The notes under the pieces were generated by a model. It saw only the letters and a program-made list of their open reading frames with translations. It ran no database searches and was not told the origin of the DNA. The position numbers and the translations under genes were made by a program. DNA of 64,000 bases from NCBI RefSeq assembly GCF_009914755.1, contig NC_060928.1. One strand, 5' to 3'. Below, piece by piece: positions 56,550 through 64,000 of this stretch. This stretch comes from the human T2T-CHM13v2.0 reference genome, Homo sapiens. The first letter of the stretch is position 1, and every line of letters starts with the position of its first letter.

Positions 56550-57700
56550 TATTCATTCACTCAATAAACATTTATCAAGTTTTTATTATGTTCCTGGCAC
56601 TGTTGTGGGTGCTGCAAATACAGCAGTGATCAAGTCAAACTTTTATCACTTTATGGAGTTTATATTCTTGGAAATGAGTAGAGACAAAGAAACAATGTAC
56701 AAATACATAAGTAAAATATACAAAATATCAGCTGGTGATAAACAAAAGAAATACCCGAGGAAGAAGATAGTCAGCAAGGGGAAGGACGGAAGAAGATAAC
56801 AATCACATATAGTGTGGGTATGGAAAGCCTCATTGAGATGATGAGAGTTAAACAAAACTCTGAAGGCAATGAAAGAACCAGCAAACAAGTTATCTGGGGA
56901 AAAGACGTTCCCCAGAACAGAAAGCACAGAGGCTCTGAAGCAGCAGCACAAGGGTGTATTCTAATAAAAGCAAGAAGGCCAGGTTGTTGCTGCTTAAGCA
57001 AAGGAGACAATCCTGGAGATAATGGAAGTAGAGAAGGAATCAGACTATGGAGGCTTCTAAGCAAAGACGGCAATTTAGAATTTTACTTTGCATGAGAAGT
57101 GAATCTTTTGGAGAGGTTTGAGCAAAAGGATGACATAATATAACAGATTTAAAAGGATTATTTTGACTGCCAGAGTGAGAATACAGTATTCCGTATATTA
57201 CAAAATATACAGCATTAACTAATTAATATTACAGTATTAATTAACAGACATCATCCTTATTTTAAGTAGCACTAAAAGTAGAATAACCAGGCAAATGAAA
57301 ATAGTGGCTTGGACAGAAATAGTAACGATAGAGTAGTAAGAAATGATTGAATCAGGATATATTTTGACGTTAGAAAACCAATAGGATTTCCTGATGGATT
57401 GGATAGGATATGGCATATGAGAGAAAGAAAAAAGTCAAAGATGACTCAAGGTTTTTTAGGCTGAGCTACTAGAAGAATGAAGGTACCATTTATTTAGATG
57501 GTGAGTACAATGGGGGAAGATACTTTGCTGGGTAGATCAAGAATACTGCTGACATGTTAAGTTTGAGATATCTACTAGACATCCAACTAAACAATGATCA
57601 TTACAGTCTAGGATTTAGTAGAAACATTATCAATGATAAACTTGAGAGTTTTTCAGTGTCTAGATGGTCCATAAGATTGGAAAATTTCATCAAGGAGTCG
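56550..57700 (-). mobile_element. L2 (L2a-like) relic
   Basis: attcattcactcaataaacattta tail; gtcaaagatgactcaagg; gacatgttaagtttgagat...agacatccaa. Confidence 0.85.
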
Positions 57701-59477
57701 TATTTTTTATGGCGACTAACATAAACTCTCATAAAGGGCAGTCTGATGATAGTTCTGACCCATGATTTCATAGATTACGTATATTGGAAAAAATATTTCT
57801 TATCCCCATGAAGGATTAAGAGATAATAAAACCAACTTAAGAGTATTGAATTATTCCTTGAATTGGTAATTCCGCAGCATAGCATTTTGCTAAATGACAT
57901 CTGTTTCTCTCTGTCTGAATATATTCACAACTTACTGATGTGGAAACATTAAATTGTTACTTCAGTTCAGTTATTTGAAGAAAATCTTGCTTGAGTATAT
58001 GGTTTGTTTCTCTGCCTAACTTCCTAATAAAGTGTTTCTCTTGATAAGTGCTTTTATCTACCACAAACGACATGCCCAGACAGAAAGAAAGCAGAAATTG
58101 CAGATTATTGAAGTAAGCCAATGGCTTTGCTCATTTGGATCTGCTTAAATACAGCACATTACAGTCAAAATTACCACAGTTTGGCCTGATGCTTAGATCA
58201 CTTTCAACTTGCACACACAAACACAAGTGTTGTTAGTCACAATTTCTTTTCTATATTCAACAGTGAATTAAACCAGATTACCCAATATAAATAATCTGAG
58301 TTACCAACCTACTAAAAATACAAACTTAAAAGTCCCTTTACAATAGAACTTCAGTTTAGAAGTTCTGCATCAGCCAATGTTTACAAAGAGACTGTCAAAG
58401 AAGTTTAAGAGATGGAAATGCCAAAAAGATCAGCCTCTTGACTGATTTCCATGCAGTGAATAAAGTGCAAACTGAAGGGTGGTATTTTAAAACTAGCAGC
58501 TAAGACATAATTTTTTAAAGAATTCTTGTTGTTAGTATATTTCCCACTATTTTTTTTCATCATGTTCAGAAAGTTTTTCAGCATATGTGTTGCTAGATCT
58601 CAGGACTAGGGGGCAGGGGAGAAGTGCACATGGACAAATCAAGGTCATCATTAACATTTAACACTCTGAGAGAAAGATTGAGATTCACCTATTCACCCTT
58701 CTCTCTCCATTTAGCCCTGGTAGAGCTCAAGAGGGCAATGAATTAAATTTATTCCAGACGGCCTGGGGTTTTAGCTACTGCGAGTGACAGACTAGTGTTG
58801 GAAGAAGCTATGAAAGAGTATGCCAATCTGAGGTTACACCCCATCAACACAAGGAAAATGAATGAAAGTTAAACACGTAAATTTCAAGCCAGCAAGTTCA
58901 TGGCAGTGTGACTAAAAAGTTGAAGGTTAAAATATTAATTTGTATACACTTATCTGAAAGTTTCAAACTTATGAACTCACGTAAAAACTTGACATTTTGC
59001 TGTACCAAATTTATAAGGAATGCTTTGGTGAAAGCCAGTATGCATCTATGTTTCTTTTGTCATGCATAAAACACAAAGCTGTGGTACAATTCTGTTTAAT
59101 TAGGGCATGGCTTTGTACAAAGGATGCCACAGCATTATAATAAAAGCCACCAGATGTCACTGTTACAGATTATGTTCAAGTATATGCTAATCTGAAAATA
59201 TGTGAGGTTTTCATCAGTCAGTTTAAAGCAATTTGGGGTTATAATTTTGCCAGCATGGAAATAGTGTGATTGGGCTTTATTAATTTGTAGAAATTATTTC
59301 CCCCAAGGGTCTTAGCTTCTCTATAATTATTTTGATTACTTTTACAGTGGCTCTAAATTTAATTAGGGAATAGGAAACATTTTCTCAACAGGAAGGTTTA
59401 TTACACATAAGTGAGTTGCTATCAGTTTTGTTTTGAAAGGCTTTATATACAAATAGGACAATTTCTTACTCCTTTAG

Positions 59478-59854
<377 letters not shown>

Positions 59855-59936
59855 GTGAGTGTATGTTCCACATCCCACAAAACTCGTTGTTACACAGGAG
59901 ATCTGAGATGAATTAATAAAATTTGAGCAAAATTTT

Positions 59937-60239
<303 letters not shown>

Positions 60240-62460
60240 TAAAATTTGAGCAAAATTTTAACTATTCTATGTATCTTATATATAAGCTATGTGTTTCTTT
60301 ATGTAGTAGCCTCATGCAGACCACATTTCTATTTGGTCTAAGTGAAACAAAAGATTTAATGATGAGAACTTCTGTCTAGGAAGCAGATTAATGAGAGAGA
60401 TTTTGGAGCATGCTAGGGTTTGGGACATCTGGCAATTTACACCCTTCAGGGGAGAATTTACACCATCTACAAATAGAGCCTTATCTAATGATGTGACTGT
60501 GTTGTGATACATGCTGAACCCAGGTTGACTGAAATAAAGATCTTGCAGGACCTCAAATGCAGTACTATTTTTAGGAGCTGATTTTTTTAAAAGAAAAGAC
60601 CATACAGGTAGATGGTAAGGGATTTCATGACTTTATAGGTACAATTTTAATCCTACTGAATTTATGTTGGTATATTGCCATAGATCAGCAAAATTTATAA
60701 AGAAAAGGAAAGAAAAACTGCAGGAAAGTTTTGAGAGGTGAAAACGTCCCTATCTGACATAGAAACAAGTAGTGACAGCCACAAAACCTGTCTGGTGTAT
60801 TTACGCCATTGTGGAATGTTGTTAACATATGGAGAGCTTGGCCCTTTTGCTGTCAGCCCAGGGCAAGGGATGAACCATCCAAGTAAAATCAAGTTTCTTC
60901 TTCAATAGATACAAAATATTTTCCCAATGAGATGCCTAATAGTCTAGGCAAAAAGCTGTTGGATGACTAGGCTGACATTGTTAAATATAATTTTTTATAA
61001 GTTTTAACAGTAGTAAAAAAAACAGGGGTAGGTTGACATATGATTATCTTAGAACTGTTAACATGTGGGATGTCAGTAAAAATCTCCCATGCTAGCCTTT
61101 TCTATTTAAAGATAAGGAAGGCAGTCAAGAGTGGAAAGAATCAATCACCCGAGCTTCTCATTTTTTGCTTTTCTGCAAAGACTTTCAGTTCCAAGCCTGT
61201 TATGCTTAAACTTCCCAAACAATGTTTAAAAAATTCAGTACTCAGGAACTGGACTAGCTTCAAAATATGGGCCTATTTGGAAACGTTTAATGCTTATATC
61301 TACTTCCTGGGGCCTCAAGTCTTTTCACACTGGGAGGGAGAGGAAGGAAGAGTAGTTCTGTTCAACCTGATGAAGAAAAAAAATCTCCAATCTCTACTTG
61401 CGTTTGCCATTGTCTTTTTTGTTGTTGCTTCTGTTTTGTGCAGGGGCTAATCTCAACAATAGTAATTGAGACAAATTAGGAAGGTTTGTCAGAACAGAGC
61501 ACCTTACATGCTTAGAAATTAAGCTAAAAGTCTTCCCAGATTAACATGTGCTTTGCTCTTACAAGATAAGGCTACATGCCGAGAGAGAAAAGAGAGTGAA
61601 GTAACTTTATCACTTTATAGCCAACTTCTTTCCATTTTTGTATGGCCAAGAAACAGTGTGGAGATAGGGCTCCAAATTCTAGTTGATAGCTTGTTTGATA
61701 CAAAGCGCGAAGTCAAATGAGTGCCTAATCATGAAATCATTCTTATTTTATCTTCGTAGTTCCTCTTAGCTGTCTTTCCATTATTCTCTAGGTCATAATA
61801 TGAGCCCTGATTACCTCAAAGACCATCAGCAGAGCCCTATTCTCCACCTCCACATCTGCTTATATCTTTTAAACTCATATCTACCTGTGAGTTTTACATA
61901 TATATAAACAAAGAATTTTTTTTTGCAAAGAAAACCTTAAATATTTCATCCAAGGATGACAATGAATATTGATGTTATTTTGCTGTACATATTTTCATGT
62001 ATATAACATTGATGTGAATTCTCTTAATTAGTGGAGTTAGGTTTTTCCACATATTACATTTGTAATGGCATTTAAGCAAGTGTAAGATTTAGAAAATTTT
62101 ATTTATCACATAATTGACAATTATCATCCTTTACTTATTTTCATGTAAGCTCATGATTACATCACAACTGTCCTGAAATATCTTACAGTAAAAGTATCCC
62201 TTGCCTAAGTTCTTCATTGTAAATATCTAGTTTCTTTTCAACACACTCTGTTGTCCATTTTGTGAACCAGTTTTTGCTCATAAGTCATGTAAGCTGCTGT
62301 GGGAAACTGCTTTTCTTGTCCCATTGTCTGTTTCTAACCTCTCAATTTCACTTTGAGGAATGACTTAAACTATAGCGGTGCTAGAAATTCTAAATAGAAG
62401 GGACTATTCCATAGCAATCTGGTTGGGAGTTTGTTGCTATCTATGCCGTTGTCTAACGAA

Positions 62461-62578
62461 TTATCTAATGAGTTATCTCATTAGATAATGAGATATTTAA
62501 AAAGAAGCCTTCTTTTTTAAACCTTCTTATTAAAAAAGAAGCCTTCTTTTTTAAACCTTCTTATTAAAAAAGAAGCCT
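62461..62578. repeat. Overlapping inverted repeats followed by ~2.5 tandem copies of a 33-34-bp palindromic unit
   Basis: ttatctaatgag-ttat-ctcattagataa; unit ttaaaaaagaag-c-cttcttttttaa-accttctta. Confidence 0.92.
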
Positions 62579-63057
62579 GTGCCTGCACTTTCCAAGATGC
62601 AGCCTGCTTGCAAATTTACCAGATGAATAAAAGGACATCCAGCAAGAAAGGAAAGTCAAAACGAATATACTGAAAATCACTAGTGCTCAAGTTCCAAACT
62701 GTTGCAATAAATTTAAGGCAACTGCTAACTACCTAAGAAAAAAAAAATTCCAGGATTTACAATGAAGGAGAAGAAGCTAGATCTAAATCCCGATTTTTGA
62801 CCTTTGAGATTTACCTTTTCCTTGGGAATTCCTAACTAATTTAACCTGCTCCCATGATGATACCCACTAGCAGAGGTAGGAGGCCACGAGTTCTCATCTA
62901 CCCTTTAATTCCTCACAACACAACTGATCCAAGGCTGGAGCGTTCAAATATGAAATTACTCAAGGCTAGAAAAATCTTTAATGTGAGATTAAATGACATA
63001 ATGCAAAGTGATCTTCAAAATCTAAATTATCTAAATCCAGTTTCAAGGTTTCGTGAG

Positions 63058-63373
63058 CTCCTCTGTCTAATACACTAGCCATTAGCCACAAGTGACTATT
63101 AAGCACTTGAGATATGCCTAGTCCAAATTGAAATGTGCTGAAAGTATAAAATGCACACTGGATTTCAAAGACTTAGTACAAAAAAGAATGTAAGATCTCA
63201 TTAAAATTTTTATACTGAATACATATTGAAATGATAACATTTTAGACATATTCAGTTAAATACAATACAAAATGAAAATTATGTTTTCTGTTTTTTAGTT
63301 CATTTTAAAGTGGTTACCAGAAAAATTTAAATTACATACATGATTTTTACTGTATTTCTATTGGAAAGTGCTC
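63058..63373 (-). mobile_element. MER33 (hAT-Charlie)
   Basis: tagccattagccacaagtgactattaagcacttga...cactggatttcaaagacttagta...atttctattgga. Confidence 0.85.
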
Positions 63374-63444
63374 TAAAGCAATGCTTCAGTAATGTTCTTG
63401 CCTTTTCCTCAGCCTGTCCCCCTCACAGAAACTTTTAGAAATGT

Positions 63445-63630
63445 ATTGGCTTAGGTTGAAGATTCTGGACTTTAGCAGACCTGAATTTACATTCCAATTC
63501 TCCACTTAATAGCTGAGTGACTTTGGACATATTACTTAAACTTTATGCCTCAATTTCCCCAGCTATACAATAGAGATAATAATATATTGCCCACCTACAT
63601 CATATGGTTACTGTGAAGATTAAATTAAAA
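63445..63630 (+). mobile_element. MIR relic
   Basis: ccacttaatagctgagtgactttggac...gcctcaatttccc...tgtgaagattaaat. Confidence 0.8.
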
Positions 63631-63833
63631 CTTTAAATTTCTTATTTTCTTCAAACATAAGAATTACTCAGTTATAATTATGTTCTTCCTAATGTACATT
63701 CCTGCTATCCAGGGACTCTTCTTAATGTTCCTAGATTCATCATGTCTAGACTTAAGAGAGTAAAACCTCAAGAACACTCAATATTATTCCCTTCCCTGTG
63801 TAAATAAAGCATGTCTTATTTTTACTGGATGGC

Positions 63834-64000
63834 TGATATAGTTTGGATCTGTGTCCCTACCCAAATCTCAAATCGAATTGTAATCTCCATTTTAGAGGTG
63901 GAGCCTTAGGGAGAAGACTGGATCATGGACGCCGATTTCCCCCTTTGCACTGTATCACAATAGTGAGTGAATTCTCATGAAATCTGGTTGTTTAAAAGTG
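63834..64000 (+). mobile_element. MST (MSTA-like) LTR, cut by the window end
   Basis: tgatatagtttggatctgtgtccc...ccaaatctca; homologous to 7916-8080. Confidence 0.9.

Overview
Primate (human or great-ape) nuclear DNA, AT-rich and dominated by transposable elements, consistent with a long intron or an intergenic interval. I find no supportable protein-coding gene, structural RNA gene or CRISPR array. The long ORFs in the track come from Alu, L1 ORF1/ORF2 or LTR relics, or look like chance ORFs. The main contents are: a near full-length old L1 (L1MA/L1PB-age, 18029-26958) with a ~80-bp tandem array in its 5'UTR, inserted into a MIR and itself carrying two Alus, a younger L1PB and a tiny poly(A) insertion; a deleted older L1M (~9.0-12.8 kb); a 5'-truncated L1PA2 (45373-46288); about 14 Alus or Alu fragments; L2, L3 and MIR relics; MaLR LTRs (MST, MLT1); and DNA-transposon relics (two MADE1, MER1B, MER5, MER33). 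The best non-repeat leads are a frame-preserving 117-nt candidate exon (59738-59854), a cluster of palindromes with a tandem array of palindromic units (62461-62578), and some possible enhancer or CTCF-like segments. I see no evidence for a new biological system. Subfamily calls come from remembered consensus diagnostics and need RepeatMasker/Dfam confirmation. Boundaries of ancient repeats are approximate.
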